A stretch of 64,000 nucleotides of DNA from a bacterium (GCA_965221165.1 CBDCRP010000002.1:992001-1056000); one strand, 5' to 3'; shown: positions 8,332-18,290, counted from the first letter of the stretch. Made by a program: numbers and translations. The notes: generated by a model from the letters alone, not told the origin.

Positions 8332-10998
8332 ATGGCAAGAAGTGTGACCAACTACTACCTTGCGGAAGACAGTGTACCCCTCCCGCCGCCGGACGCGGAG
8401 GTTTTCACCACGGCGTGTGACTATTGCATCGTGGGCTGCGGGTACAAGGTGTACCGGTGGCCGGTCGGACGCGAGGGCGGACCCAAGGGCGTGGAGAACG
8501 CCTTGGGCGTCGATTTCCCAACCGGCATGATGAGCGGCGCCTGGATCAGCCCGAACATGCACAACATTATCCTGGTAAACGGTCGCCCCCACCACGTTAT
8601 CGTCATGCCCGATAAGGATTCGAAGGTCGTGAACGTAGGGGGGAACCACTCCATCCGGGGCGGCGTCCTGGCCAAGAAGCTTTTTAATCCCAACGAACCC
8701 TCGCAGGATCGCCTGCGTCAACCGATGATGCGGGTTCGCGGAACCCTCCAGGAGGTTTCGTGGGAAACGGCCCTGGGCGTCATGGCGGGAATCTCGAAAC
8801 ACGTCCTCGATAAGTACGGCGAGCATGCCTGGGCCATGAAGACGTATTCCTATCAGTATTTCGAAAATACATACGCCATCTCCAAGCTCGCTTTCCGCGC
8901 CATCGGGACGCCGGCCTACGCCCCGCACGACAAGCCGGGCCCCGGCCCGGACACGCCCGGGATCGATTTTTCGGGGATCAACCCCTTCAGCGCTTCTTAT
9001 GACGACTGGGGAGAGGCCGAGGTGATCTTCTTCTCCGGCGTCGATCCATGGGAAACCAAGTCGGTCTTGTTCACCTCCTGGATCATGGGAGGGAAAACGC
9101 CCGGCAAGAAGCTCGTCTTCGCCCTTCCCCGGAAGACCACGGGCGTGGCCTACGGTGAGAAACAGGGCGGTCTTTTCCTTCCGGTCATCCCGGGAACGGA
9201 TACGGTGCTTCACCTGGCCATCATTCGCCTGATCCTGGAAAACGGCTGGGAGGATAGGGAGTGGATTGCGCGAAAGTTGGCGAACAAGTGGGAGATAAAC
9301 TCCGGCATGGGGCGCGGAACCCGCAACACGCCGTGGCAGTGGGTCACGACCTGGGGCAAGTACGGGACCGACTTCGACGGCTACAAGAAGTGGATTCTAA
9401 GCTACCCCTACGCCGAGTTGGACCAAGCCGCCAAGATTACGGGCGTGTCCGCGGCATCCATTCGGAAGACCGCTGAAATACTGGCCAAGCCCAAACCCGA
9501 CGGGACGCGCAAGAAAACCTCGTTCATGCTCGAGAAGGGAAATTACTGGTGCAACAGTTTCGGGAACACGGCTTCCTTCGCGGCCCTCGGGCTGGTTTGC
9601 GGCGCCGGGTCGCGGCCAGGCCGTGTGATTTCCCGCGGAGGGGGGCATCAACGGGGCTGGATGGGCGCAGCCGGTTACCCGAGGAGCCTGTCTCCGGAGA
9701 AGGCGCCGGGACGCCGCAAGAAGGAAATCGATCTGGACCGGTGGGTCGTGGACGGCCACGTCCGCTTTGCATGGGTCATCGGAACCACCTGGTGTCAAGC
9801 CATGGCGGCTTCTCAGGAACTGATGGACGTCTTCCAGCGATTGACTCGCCACAATCCCCATCAGATCGATAGCTTCGACGTTGATGCGGCGGTGAACGCG
9901 CTCAAGCGACGTGCGGACGCCGGCGGCATGGTTGTGGCCCACCAGGACATTTACCCTGTTTCTCCGATCGGAACCGAGTATGCGGATCTGGTGCTTCCGG
10001 CCGCCACCTGGGGCGAGGAAGACTTTACCCGGTGCAACGGCGAGCGTCGCCTCAGGCTGTACAGCAAGTTCGCCGATCCCCCCGGAGAGGCCAGGCCCGA
10101 TTGGTGGATCATCGCAGCGTTCGCCAGGAAGATGGGATTCAAGGGTTTCGACTGGAAAGACAGCAACCAAATCTTCGAGGAGGCGGCCCGCTTCGGACGC
10201 AAGGGGGTACTCAACTACCATCCGCTCGTGGTGAAGGCCAAGCGCGAGGGGAAACGGGGCCACGAATTGCTCCGCGAATACGGGACCGGCGGCATTCAAA
10301 CCCCCATACGCATGGTCAAGGGAGAACTCGTCGGGACGAAGCGGCTCCATGATGAAACCCTTGAATTGGGAACCCCGGAAGGCCCCACGATGCACAGGAA
10401 ATGGCTCACCTCCTTCGGGACCCAGAGCGGCAAGGCGGTTTTGCTGAAAAGCTACTGGGAGGACTTCAAGGATTTCTACGATCGGGTTACTCCGCAAGGA
10501 GACGAGCTGTGGGTGACGAACGGCCGGATCAACGAGCTGTGGCAATCCGGCTACGACGACAAGCGGCGGCCCTATATCATGCAGCGCTGGCCTCAGCAGT
10601 TCCTGGAAATTCACCCGCAAGACGCCCGCGCCCGCGGCATCGAATCCGGAGACCTCGTGGCTATCGAGAACGACGACCTGCTCGTGCAGACGGGAGGATA
10701 CATCGGCGTCGACGGCAAGGAGCAGACGTTTACCGAGCTGATGAAGGCCGGACGAATCAAGAAAAGCAAGGGGAGCTTCACCGCGGTGGCCATCGTCACG
10801 GATGCGGTTCGGGCGGGCGTCACCTTCGCCTATTTCGGCTTTCCCGAAAACCCGGCCAATTCGGTGGTTCACCGGGTGCCGGACCCCCTGACCAACCGCT
10901 ATCGCTATAAGCTGGGCAAGGGGAAGTTGAAGAAGATTGGAGAATCTCCGCACAAGCATTCCCTGACGAGTCTTAGTTTCGTTCCCCGGACGCTTTGA
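8332..10998 (+). CDS. idrA: DMSO-reductase-family molybdoenzyme, arsenite-oxidase-like iodate reductase catalytic subunit
   Basis: [3Fe-4S] motif CDYCIVGC, VPLPPPDAEV, NHSIRGG, YSYQYFENTYAISKL, GRGTRNT, EKGNYW, GGGHQRG, NGERRLRLY and a C-terminal molydopterin-binding domain. These resemble IdrA as I recall it, and the two adjacent peroxidases fit Idr rather than Aio. Confidence 0.85.
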   Translation: MARSVTNYYLAEDSVPLPPPDAEVFTTACDYCIVGCGYKVYRWPVGREGGPKGVENALGVDFPTGMMSGAWISPNMHNIILVNGRPHHVIVMPDKDSKVVNVGGNHSIRGGVLAKKLFNPNEPSQDRLRQPMMRVRGTLQEVSWETALGVMAGISKHVLDKYGEHAWAMKTYSYQYFENTYAISKLAFRAIGTPAYAPHDKPGPGPDTPGIDFSGINPFSASYDDWGEAEVIFFSGVDPWETKSVLFTSWIMGGKTPGKKLVFALPRKTTGVAYGEKQGGLFLPVIPGTDTVLHLAIIRLILENGWEDREWIARKLANKWEINSGMGRGTRNTPWQWVTTWGKYGTDFDGYKKWILSYPYAELDQAAKITGVSAASIRKTAEILAKPKPDGTRKKTSFMLEKGNYWCNSFGNTASFAALGLVCGAGSRPGRVISRGGGHQRGWMGAAGYPRSLSPEKAPGRRKKEIDLDRWVVDGHVRFAWVIGTTWCQAMAASQELMDVFQRLTRHNPHQIDSFDVDAAVNALKRRADAGGMVVAHQDIYPVSPIGTEYADLVLPAATWGEEDFTRCNGERRLRLYSKFADPPGEARPDWWIIAAFARKMGFKGFDWKDSNQIFEEAARFGRKGVLNYHPLVVKAKREGKRGHELLREYGTGGIQTPIRMVKGELVGTKRLHDETLELGTPEGPTMHRKWLTSFGTQSGKAVLLKSYWEDFKDFYDRVTPQGDELWVTNGRINELWQSGYDDKRRPYIMQRWPQQFLEIHPQDARARGIESGDLVAIENDDLLVQTGGYIGVDGKEQTFTELMKAGRIKKSKGSFTAVAIVTDAVRAGVTFAYFGFPENPANSVVHRVPDPLTNRYRYKLGKGKLKKIGESPHKHSLTSLSFVPRTL

Positions 10999-11049
10999 TG
11001 GAGATGGATGCTTACAAACCCGTAGAACCGTGAGGGAGGTTGAAAACGA

Positions 11050-11430
11050 ATGACTCGATCGAGAAGCTTTTTCATCTGCGCCATCGGCGTACTCGGAATG
11101 GCGATCTTTTTCTGGTCCTCTAATGACGGCGTCGCTCAGCAAAAAGGCGACGCTGCGGCCGGCAAGGTCAAATACCAGCAGCTTTGCGCCTCCTGCCACG
11201 GGGCGAAGGGCAAGGGCGACGGTCCCGCTGCCGGTGCGCTCAACCCGAAACCCAGAAATCACACGGACGCCAAATATATGAAGACCATATCGGATGAGTA
11301 TATCGCCAAGATCACCAAGCTAGGCGGCGTCGCGGTAGGGAAATCGCCGTTGATGCCCCCCTGGGGCGGAGTTCTTTCGGACCCGGACGTCCGAAACGTA
11401 GTCGCATTCATTCGCTCCCTGGCGAAATAG
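11050..11430 (+). CDS. Periplasmic mono-heme class I cytochrome c
   Basis: Signal peptide, CASCH, KGDGPAA..LNPKPRN and distal Met in MPPWG. Confidence 0.9.
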   Translation: MTRSRSFFICAIGVLGMAIFFWSSNDGVAQQKGDAAAGKVKYQQLCASCHGAKGKGDGPAAGALNPKPRNHTDAKYMKTISDEYIAKITKLGGVAVGKSPLMPPWGGVLSDPDVRNVVAFIRSLAK

Positions 11431-11434
11431 GAGC

Positions 11435-13492
11435 ATGGGGATGGATTCAGGGAATCGGGATACTCTCCCCCCCGAGCGCTCCTTTCGGGTCGAGTTGCCC
11501 GGCCACGACCACTGGCGGAAAACGATTTCTTGCCAGGCGGCCTGTCCCGTCCATACGGACGCGCGGGGTTACGTGACCGCAATCTCCGAGGAGGACTTTG
11601 AGCGTGCATATATCATCGCCCGGGGACCAAACCCCTTTGCGTCCGTTTGCGGACGCATCTGTGCGGCGCCGTGCGAAGCGGCCTGCCGCCGCGGCAACAT
11701 CGACGCGCCGGTGGCTATCCGGGCGCTCAAGCGATTCGTAACGGAGCGCTACGGGGTAGAGGCCGATTTGTCGTCCGGAAAGAGAGAAACCCCCTTCTCG
11801 CACCGGAGCCTCGGGAGTCTGCGCGATCTCCGTTTTCAGCCCTCCACACGCACCATCAACGATTTCTCGGTGCTGGAGGCGGCCCGCCGGAAACCCGAAC
11901 AGGGAAAGACGGCGGGGAAAAAAGTGGCCGTCGTCGGATCGGGTGTAGCGGGGTTGACTTGCGCCCACGATCTCGCCTTGCTCGGCTATGACGTGAGCGT
12001 TTTCGAAAAGCAGGGAGTCCCCGGAGGCATGCTGATGCTCGGGGTTCCTGAGTACCGGCTTCCGCGCGATCTCGTTCAGGCCGAGATCCAGGCCATACTC
12101 AGCCTGGGTGTGGAGCTACGACTGAACAAAGCCATCGGGCGAGACTTCGACCTTTCCGCTCTTCGCGAGGAAGGCTTTGAAGCGGTGTTCATCGCCATCG
12201 GCGCTCATGTAAGCCGCAGCCTTCCCGTGGAGGGGCGGGACGCAGACGGTGTTTTCCGGGCCGTTGAATTTCTGCTGAACGTGAATCTGAATTTCCGCGT
12301 CGAATTGGGTGAGCGCGTCGTCGTGATCGGCGGGGGAAACGTGGCCATGGACGCCGCCCGGGTCGCCGCCCGGGTCGCCGGTCAGGCGGATGTTCCCTCG
12401 AGCGTGAGCGATCAAACGGAGGACGCCGTCCACATGCGGGAAATGATGGACGTGGCCCGGCAGGCGATGCGCGTAGGAGCGAGGAGCGTCCATGTCGTCT
12501 GCCTGGAATCCCGCGATGAGATGCCGGCGTCGGATTTCGAGATTGAAGAAGCGCTGGGTGAAGGGATCGAGATCGAGCCTCGGGTGGCACCCATTCGTAT
12601 TGTAGAGAACGGGGGCCGGGTGGCCGGGCTGGAAGTCCACACATGCACCCGTGTCCGTGACGAAGAGGGCCGCTTCAGTCCGGAATTCGAACCCGGCACC
12701 AATCGCGTGATTCCGTGCGATTCGGTAATCGTAGCCGTCGGCCAGTCCTCCGACCTGTCCTGGATCGGCGAGGAGGACGGCATCGAGACGACGCCGCGAG
12801 GGACAATCCGTATAGATCCCCAAACCCTGGCCACAACCGCACCGGGCGTGTATGCGGGAGGAGACGTTGCCCAGGGCCCCCGGATCTTCATTGAAGGGGT
12901 GGAAAACGGCCACCGGGCCGCTCGCTCCATCCACACCTATCTTTCAGGCGGCCAGGTCAACGTCCAGACCCATTTTCAGTGGGCCCCCATCGAACCCTTG
13001 CGGCAAGCGCTGCTTCAGGAGCCGGGAGATGGATTTTCGCTCCCCATCGTCAATCCCGGCTACCAGAAAACTTCCCGGCGAAACCCCGACGCGCTGCCCA
13101 TCGAGCGCCGAATCGGCGTCGCCGAGGTGGAACTGGGCTATTCGCCCGGGGAAGCGGTCGATCAGGGAGTCCGGTGCCTGCGCTGCAGCGCGAATCCGAT
13201 CTTCGACGGCGCCAAGTGCATCCTGTGCGGCGGTTGTGTGGACGTCTGCCCGTCACGCTGCCTTCGAATGGTTCCTCTGGAAGCCCTTCAGGGAGGAGAG
13301 GATCTGGCGGCTTTGATCCGCACTCGCTACGGGACGTCCGCCGGGGGCGCCGGAGAGGTGGGAAGAGGCGCGGCCATGATCATGGATCCGGACGCGTGTA
13401 TCCGTTGTTCGCTCTGTGTGCAGCGTTGTCCCACGGGCGCCGTCACCATCGAGAATTTTTCTTTCCAGGAAGAATGGGTGGAGCTTGGATGA
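11435..13492 (+). CDS. FAD/NAD(P)-dependent Fe-S oxidoreductase (GltD/NfnB/DsrL-like) with C-terminal 2[4Fe-4S] ferredoxin
   Basis: CQAACPVH...CGRICAAPCEAAC, GSGVAG, GVPEYRLP, IGGGNVAMD, AGGD, RCLRC, CILCGGCVDVCP, CIRCSLCVQRCP; no signal peptide. Confidence 0.88.
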   Translation: MGMDSGNRDTLPPERSFRVELPGHDHWRKTISCQAACPVHTDARGYVTAISEEDFERAYIIARGPNPFASVCGRICAAPCEAACRRGNIDAPVAIRALKRFVTERYGVEADLSSGKRETPFSHRSLGSLRDLRFQPSTRTINDFSVLEAARRKPEQGKTAGKKVAVVGSGVAGLTCAHDLALLGYDVSVFEKQGVPGGMLMLGVPEYRLPRDLVQAEIQAILSLGVELRLNKAIGRDFDLSALREEGFEAVFIAIGAHVSRSLPVEGRDADGVFRAVEFLLNVNLNFRVELGERVVVIGGGNVAMDAARVAARVAGQADVPSSVSDQTEDAVHMREMMDVARQAMRVGARSVHVVCLESRDEMPASDFEIEEALGEGIEIEPRVAPIRIVENGGRVAGLEVHTCTRVRDEEGRFSPEFEPGTNRVIPCDSVIVAVGQSSDLSWIGEEDGIETTPRGTIRIDPQTLATTAPGVYAGGDVAQGPRIFIEGVENGHRAARSIHTYLSGGQVNVQTHFQWAPIEPLRQALLQEPGDGFSLPIVNPGYQKTSRRNPDALPIERRIGVAEVELGYSPGEAVDQGVRCLRCSANPIFDGAKCILCGGCVDVCPSRCLRMVPLEALQGGEDLAALIRTRYGTSAGGAGEVGRGAAMIMDPDACIRCSLCVQRCPTGAVTIENFSFQEEWVELG

Positions 13493-13493
13493 C

Positions 13494-13985
13494 ATGACTG
13501 CGAGCCTGGATGAATCGACCCCCCGGCGGCGGATGCTTTTGGGTCTCGGCTGGGTTTCCTTCCTGGTCTCCCTGCTGGGTCCGGTTCTCGCCAACGTCCG
13601 GTTTTTGTTCCCCAACGTCGTTTATGAAGGCGAGGCAGTTCTGAAACTCGATTCCCTGAAGAAGTACCCCGTGGGTTCCATCACGTTTTTTGCAGAAAAA
13701 AAAGTGGTTCTTTTCCGTGAAAAGGACGGATTTAGGGCCTGTACGGCCGTCTGTCCCCATCTTCGTTGTGTGATTGGTCCCTTCGTCGGGGCGCCCGGGG
13801 CGTCTCCTGATATTTTAAGGGCCCGGTGCCCGTGCCACGGCAGCACTTTCGACGGCCGGGGACAGGTGCTCGGGGGGCCTGCGCCTCGAGGACTCGATTT
13901 TTTCCTCGTAACGAAATCGCCGGATGGCCGCGTCGTGGTCGATACGCGCAAAGTCGTCGGTCCCTCCGAGCATTTCAGACTCTGA
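13494..13985 (+). CDS. Rieske Fe-S subunit of a Rieske/cytochrome b complex
   Basis: RRRML plus TM anchor, CPHLRC and CPCHGS boxes, GPAPRGL. Confidence 0.88.
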   Translation: MTASLDESTPRRRMLLGLGWVSFLVSLLGPVLANVRFLFPNVVYEGEAVLKLDSLKKYPVGSITFFAEKKVVLFREKDGFRACTAVCPHLRCVIGPFVGAPGASPDILRARCPCHGSTFDGRGQVLGGPAPRGLDFFLVTKSPDGRVVVDTRKVVGPSEHFRL

Positions 13986-13994
13986 GTCGACATC

Positions 13995-15491
13995 GTGGCT
14001 ATTGAACCCCCACCGAAATCAGGGCGCAGAAAAGCCGCATCCTGGATTAGGGACAACCGCGTAGTCCGCTCGATCTTCCGCCGCGGCTACCCGGACAACG
14101 ATCTGGACCGCTCGGCGGTCATGTTCTCTAATTTCTTCCTTCACGTCCTTCCCGCGCGAACACACGTCAACAGCCTGAAGCCCACCTACACCTGGGGGCT
14201 CGGCATCATCTCTTTTTTCCTCTTTCTCATTCTTACGGGCACCGGCTTTTTGCTCATGTTCTTCTACGTCCCTTCGACCGAACGCGCCTATAACGACATG
14301 AAAGACCTGCAATTCGTCGTCTCCTACGGCATTGTCTTGCGAAACCTCCATCGCTGGGCTGCCCATGCGATGGTCGCCATCGTCTTTTTGCACATGTGCC
14401 GGGTGTTCTACACGAGCAGCTATAAAGCGCCCCGTGAGTTCAACTGGGTTATCGGGGTGCTCCTCTGGGGGGCGACCCTGATGATGAGCTTCACGGGCTA
14501 TCTGCTCCCCTGGGATCAACTCGCCTATTGGGCCATCACCGTCGGGTCGAGCATCGCCAGCTATCCGCCCCTGGTTGGAGAATACATTCGCACCCTGATG
14601 CTCGGAGGCGACACGGTGGGGCAAAACGCCTTGATCCGGTTTTACGTCATGCATGTCGTGGTCCTGCCGGGCATTATGCTCATACTCATGGGCGTCCATT
14701 TCTGGCGGATTCGCAAAGACGGGGGCCTCTCTCGTCCACCCACGGAGCCCCTGAAGGCCGCTGTAGGCAAGTCGGCGGCTTTTTCGCCGCACAAGACATA
14801 CATGCTCGTGGAACTGGCGGAAGGCAAAACGCCCATGGTGGATGCCCAGGCCCCGGAGGAAGAGGTCATGAGTTGGCCTCACACGGTTTTCAGAATGCTG
14901 GTCGTCTTCGTGGGAGTCGTGGCGGTTCTCTCCGCCGTCGCCTATTTTTTCGATGCTCCTCTGGAGGAGTTGGCCAACCCCGAGCATCCGCCCAACCCCG
15001 CCAAAGCCCCCTGGTACTTCCTTGGACTTCAGGAAATCGTGAGCTATTCCGCTCTGGCGGGAGGCGTCATCGTTCCCGCCGCTGCGATTATCGGCCTCAT
15101 GAGCATTCCCTACATAGACCGCAACCCGGAGGGCCAGGGAAATTGGTTCACCTCACACCAGGGTCGGCGGATTACGCTTGGGTCGGTCCTGGCGATTATT
15201 CCGGTCGTCCTCATCCTGACCTATCTGAACGAGCACTACGCCGTGCGGAAGCTGGTTCCGGGCGCTCCGCAAATCTGGGTCGACCTCTTGAATCCGGGGA
15301 CCATACTGATCGCTCTGTTCGCCGTCGGGTCGCTTTACACCTGGCGGCGGACGGGGTCGAGCCGGATGGGGGCCTTGGCCTTGTATTCTTATTTTCTGAC
15401 GTCTTATGTGATTTACACGATCATCGGGCTTTATTTTCGTGGAGCCAACTGGGCCTGGATATGGCCGTGGCAGGCCATGGGCCTGCACTGA
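13995..15491 (+). CDS. Cytochrome b (b6 and subunit IV regions in one chain) of Rieske/b complex
   Basis: LHRW...[25 protein letters not shown]-x14-H in helix D ([17 protein letters not shown]) and Qo motif variant KAPWYF; extra C-terminal helices. Confidence 0.9.
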   Translation: MAIEPPPKSGRRKAASWIRDNRVVRSIFRRGYPDNDLDRSAVMFSNFFLHVLPARTHVNSLKPTYTWGLGIISFFLFLILTGTGFLLMFFYVPSTERAYNDMKDLQFVVSYGIVLRNLHRWAAHAMVAIVFLHMCRVFYTSSYKAPREFNWVIGVLLWGATLMMSFTGYLLPWDQLAYWAITVGSSIASYPPLVGEYIRTLMLGGDTVGQNALIRFYVMHVVVLPGIMLILMGVHFWRIRKDGGLSRPPTEPLKAAVGKSAAFSPHKTYMLVELAEGKTPMVDAQAPEEEVMSWPHTVFRMLVVFVGVVAVLSAVAYFFDAPLEELANPEHPPNPAKAPWYFLGLQEIVSYSALAGGVIVPAAAIIGLMSIPYIDRNPEGQGNWFTSHQGRRITLGSVLAIIPVVLILTYLNEHYAVRKLVPGAPQIWVDLLNPGTILIALFAVGSLYTWRRTGSSRMGALALYSYFLTSYVIYTIIGLYFRGANWAWIWPWQAMGLH

Positions 15492-15503
15492 GGCCGATAA
15501 CGA

Positions 15504-16307
15504 ATGACGAATTCAACGCAGAATAATTCCTATGTACCGTTCGGGTGGGTGGTCGCATTCGCCGTGCTGAGCGTGTGCGCGGCCTTATTCTTTCTGCTGT
15601 CCGTCTGGAAGGATTACGACCGCGAATGGAGGGGCTATCAACGGACGTTCCGTGAAATGCTCGTCGCAAGAACAGAAAGCGAAGAGGAGCGTAAAACCGT
15701 TCTGGCGAGCGGAGATCAATTCGAGCAGATCATCGTGGACCGAGGCGAGCGCGTAGACAGGTGCGTCATGTGCCATCGGGGAATCGAGCACCCGGCGTTT
15801 CAGGGCGCCGCTCAACCCTTCGCCAGCCATCCCTCCATCCCGCTGCATCCCTTCGAGCAATTCGGTTGCACCGTGTGCCACCAGGGCCAGGGCAGGGCGA
15901 CGACCCTTCAGGATGCCCACGGAGAAGTCCGGTTCTGGGAGGAGCCGCTCCTCCGGGGAGGGTTCATTCAAGCCAGTTGCGGTCCGTGTCACGCAGGCGT
16001 TTTGAAAGAGGCCCCTCTCATTCAGAAGGGAAAGCTGCTTTATCTGATGAACGGCTGCATCGCCTGCCACAAAATCAGGGGAGCCGGCGGGGTTGTCGGG
16101 CCCGACCTGACGTTTGCGGGGGAGCGCCGGAAAGACCCGAAATGGCACATCGAACATTTCAAGGCCCCGCAAAGGGTTTCTCCCGGATCCGCCATGCCCG
16201 CCTACACCCACTTGTCGCCGGCGGACCTCGAAGCGCTGACGGTTTACATGTTGAGCCTCCGCAGGGCCCCTTCCGCCTTGGCGCTGGCTGCACCCAGAAA
16301 AAAATAG
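15504..16307 (+). CDS. Membrane-anchored tetraheme cytochrome c
   Basis: N-terminal TM helix; CVMCH, CTVCH, CGPCH, CIACH; C-terminal GPDL...SAMP class I domain. Confidence 0.88.
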   Translation: MTNSTQNNSYVPFGWVVAFAVLSVCAALFFLLSVWKDYDREWRGYQRTFREMLVARTESEEERKTVLASGDQFEQIIVDRGERVDRCVMCHRGIEHPAFQGAAQPFASHPSIPLHPFEQFGCTVCHQGQGRATTLQDAHGEVRFWEEPLLRGGFIQASCGPCHAGVLKEAPLIQKGKLLYLMNGCIACHKIRGAGGVVGPDLTFAGERRKDPKWHIEHFKAPQRVSPGSAMPAYTHLSPADLEALTVYMLSLRRAPSALALAAPRKK

Positions 16308-16334
16308 AAATAGTATCGCTCTTCCGCGGTCGCG

Positions 16335-17699
16335 CTAGTTGAGCAGCACCCTCGGTAGCCACATGGCGATGCCGGGAAAGGCCATGACCAGCCCCAGCCC
16401 GATGAGTTGGAGAATCACGAAGGGGATGATCCCGCGATATATCTGCGAGAGGCGCACCTGGGGCGGCGCTACCCCCTTCATGTAGAACAGCGCGAAGCCG
16501 AAAGGCGGGGTCAGGAACGATGTCTGTAGGTTGACCGCCATCAGAATCGAGAACCAGTAGATGACCTCGCTCTTGGGCAGGTGGTCGCCGAAGTCCAGCC
16601 CGGCGAGGATCGGCGCAAACACCGGGAGCACGATGAGCGTGATCTCGATCCAGTCGAAGAAGAACCCGAGGAAGAACGTCACCGCCATCAGGATCCCCAG
16701 GATTCCCCAGGGGTTGACCCCCACGGAGTAGATCACGTCCTTGATGAAGTCGTCGCCGCCGAGCGAGCGGAAGACGTAGGAGAAGGCGGTCGCCCCGACG
16801 AATATGAAGAACAGCATCGCGTTGGTGAGCGCGGTGCGCTCGACCACGTCCTTCAGGACCGAGAAGTTCAGCTTGCGGTTGAAGATGGCGAGCAGAGTCG
16901 CTCCGGCCGCGCCGACCCCTGCCGCTTCGGTGGGCGTCGCCCAGCCGAGGATGATCGACCCCAGGACCAGGACGATCAGAAACACCGCCGGCACCAAGCC
17001 TTTGAGCAACATCAGGATCAGTTCGTTTGGCGTCTGTGGACCCATCTCCTTGGGCAGGCGCGGCGCCAGGGAGGGATTCACGGCGCACCGCGTGAAGATG
17101 TAGACGAAATAGAGCCCGGAGAGGATCAGGCCGGGGAAGATGGCCGCGACGAACAGGGTTCCCACCGAACGCCCGAGAAGATCGGCCATGATGACCAGCA
17201 TGATGCTGGGCGGTATCAGTATCCCGAGCGTGCCCGAGGCGGCGATGGTGCCGGTCGAGAGCTCCATGTTGTATTTGCGCTCGACCATGACCGGCAGCGC
17301 CATCAGGCTGATCATCACGACCGAAGCGCCGATGATGCCGGTCGTCGCCGCGAGGATCGTCCCCATGACCGTGACCGCGAGCGCCAGCCCGCCCGGGGTG
17401 CGGCGCAGCACCACCTGGAGGCAGTACAGGAGGTTGGCGGCGACGCCGGAGCGTTCCAGCATCGTCCCCATGAAGATGAACATGGGGATCGCAACGAGAA
17501 CCAGGTTGTCGGCGAAACCCCAGATCCGGAGCACGAGGTTGAAGAACTCGATTTGGGAGAAGACATCGAAATACATGCCGATAAAGCCGAAGGCGAGCCC
17601 CACGCCGCCCAGTACGAATCCGACCGGGAAGCCCGAGAACAAGAGAGTCGCCAGGGTGAGGAACATGAAGGCCGGCAGGTAGTCCTCGACATAGAACAT
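16335..17699 (-). CDS. dctM: TRAP transporter large permease
   Basis: AIPMFIFMG, GTLGILIPPSI, ATPTEAA, NLQTSFLTPPFGFALFY. Confidence 0.92.
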   Translation of the reverse strand: MFYVEDYLPAFMFLTLATLLFSGFPVGFVLGGVGLAFGFIGMYFDVFSQIEFFNLVLRIWGFADNLVLVAIPMFIFMGTMLERSGVAANLLYCLQVVLRRTPGGLALAVTVMGTILAATTGIIGASVVMISLMALPVMVERKYNMELSTGTIAASGTLGILIPPSIMLVIMADLLGRSVGTLFVAAIFPGLILSGLYFVYIFTRCAVNPSLAPRLPKEMGPQTPNELILMLLKGLVPAVFLIVLVLGSIILGWATPTEAAGVGAAGATLLAIFNRKLNFSVLKDVVERTALTNAMLFFIFVGATAFSYVFRSLGGDDFIKDVIYSVGVNPWGILGILMAVTFFLGFFFDWIEITLIVLPVFAPILAGLDFGDHLPKSEVIYWFSILMAVNLQTSFLTPPFGFALFYMKGVAPPQVRLSQIYRGIIPFVILQLIGLGLVMAFPGIAMWLPRVLLN

Positions 17700-17711
17700 G
17701 CGCAGGCGCCC

Positions 17712-18290
17712 CTAGCTCGGCCCGATCTGGTCGATCTGTTCGGTCGCGTGCTCTTCCTTTTTGGGGAGGAGTTGGCGAAGGTCCGGTGGGCCGAACAGCT
17801 CGATGATCTTGCGCAGCAGGACGGTGATCCCCGACAGGAGCAGGACGAACAGCCCGATAGGCAGGCACGCCTTGATCGCCCAGCGATAGGGAAGGCCGGT
17901 CGCGGAGTCTGAGGCCTCGCCGACGGCCCATGATCTCTCGACGAAGTCTTCGGCGAAATAGACGACAATCAGGCAGTAGGGGATCACGAACACGATGCAG
18001 CCCACGAACTCGACCCAATCCCTGGCGCGCGAACTCAACCGCTCACGGATCAGGTCGATTCGCACGTGGGCGTCGTTGAGATAAGCGAAGCCTATACACA
18101 GCAGGAACAATAGCGCGTGCAGGTGCCACTCGCCTTCCTGCAGCTTGGTCGATCCCAGCACCAGGAAACGCCGGGTCACGACGTCGAAAATGATGACGAC
18201 CATCAGCGGAATCGAGAACCACGCGCTGACTTTACCGACGCCGATCACGATCCGGGCCAGAAACTCTTGCAATTGAAACAGATGCCGCAT
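17712..18290 (-). CDS. dctQ: TRAP transporter small permease
   Basis: Four TM segments with QEGEWHL, HVRIDL, SATGLP. Confidence 0.88.
   Translation of the reverse strand: MRHLFQLQEFLARIVIGVGKVSAWFSIPLMVVIIFDVVTRRFLVLGSTKLQEGEWHLHALLFLLCIGFAYLNDAHVRIDLIRERLSSRARDWVEFVGCIVFVIPYCLIVVYFAEDFVERSWAVGEASDSATGLPYRWAIKACLPIGLFVLLLSGITVLLRKIIELFGPPDLRQLLPKKEEHATEQIDQIGPS

Noticed and set aside
7777-10998. Canonical arsenite oxidase aioBA
   Set aside because: No aioXSR or ars genes in the island, two peroxidase genes are adjacent and the motifs resemble IdrA. Idr is preferred, pending phylogeny.
9397-11262. 621 aa minus-strand ORF, and similar long shadow ORFs such as 16159-18018, 44103-45869 and 33311-34981
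   Set aside because: Antisense or alternate-frame shadows of well-supported genes, expected in high-GC DNA, with no motifs.
11435-13492. Glutamate synthase small subunit or DsrL of sulfur metabolism
   Set aside because: No gltB or dsr genes nearby; it is coupled to Rieske/cytochrome b genes instead.
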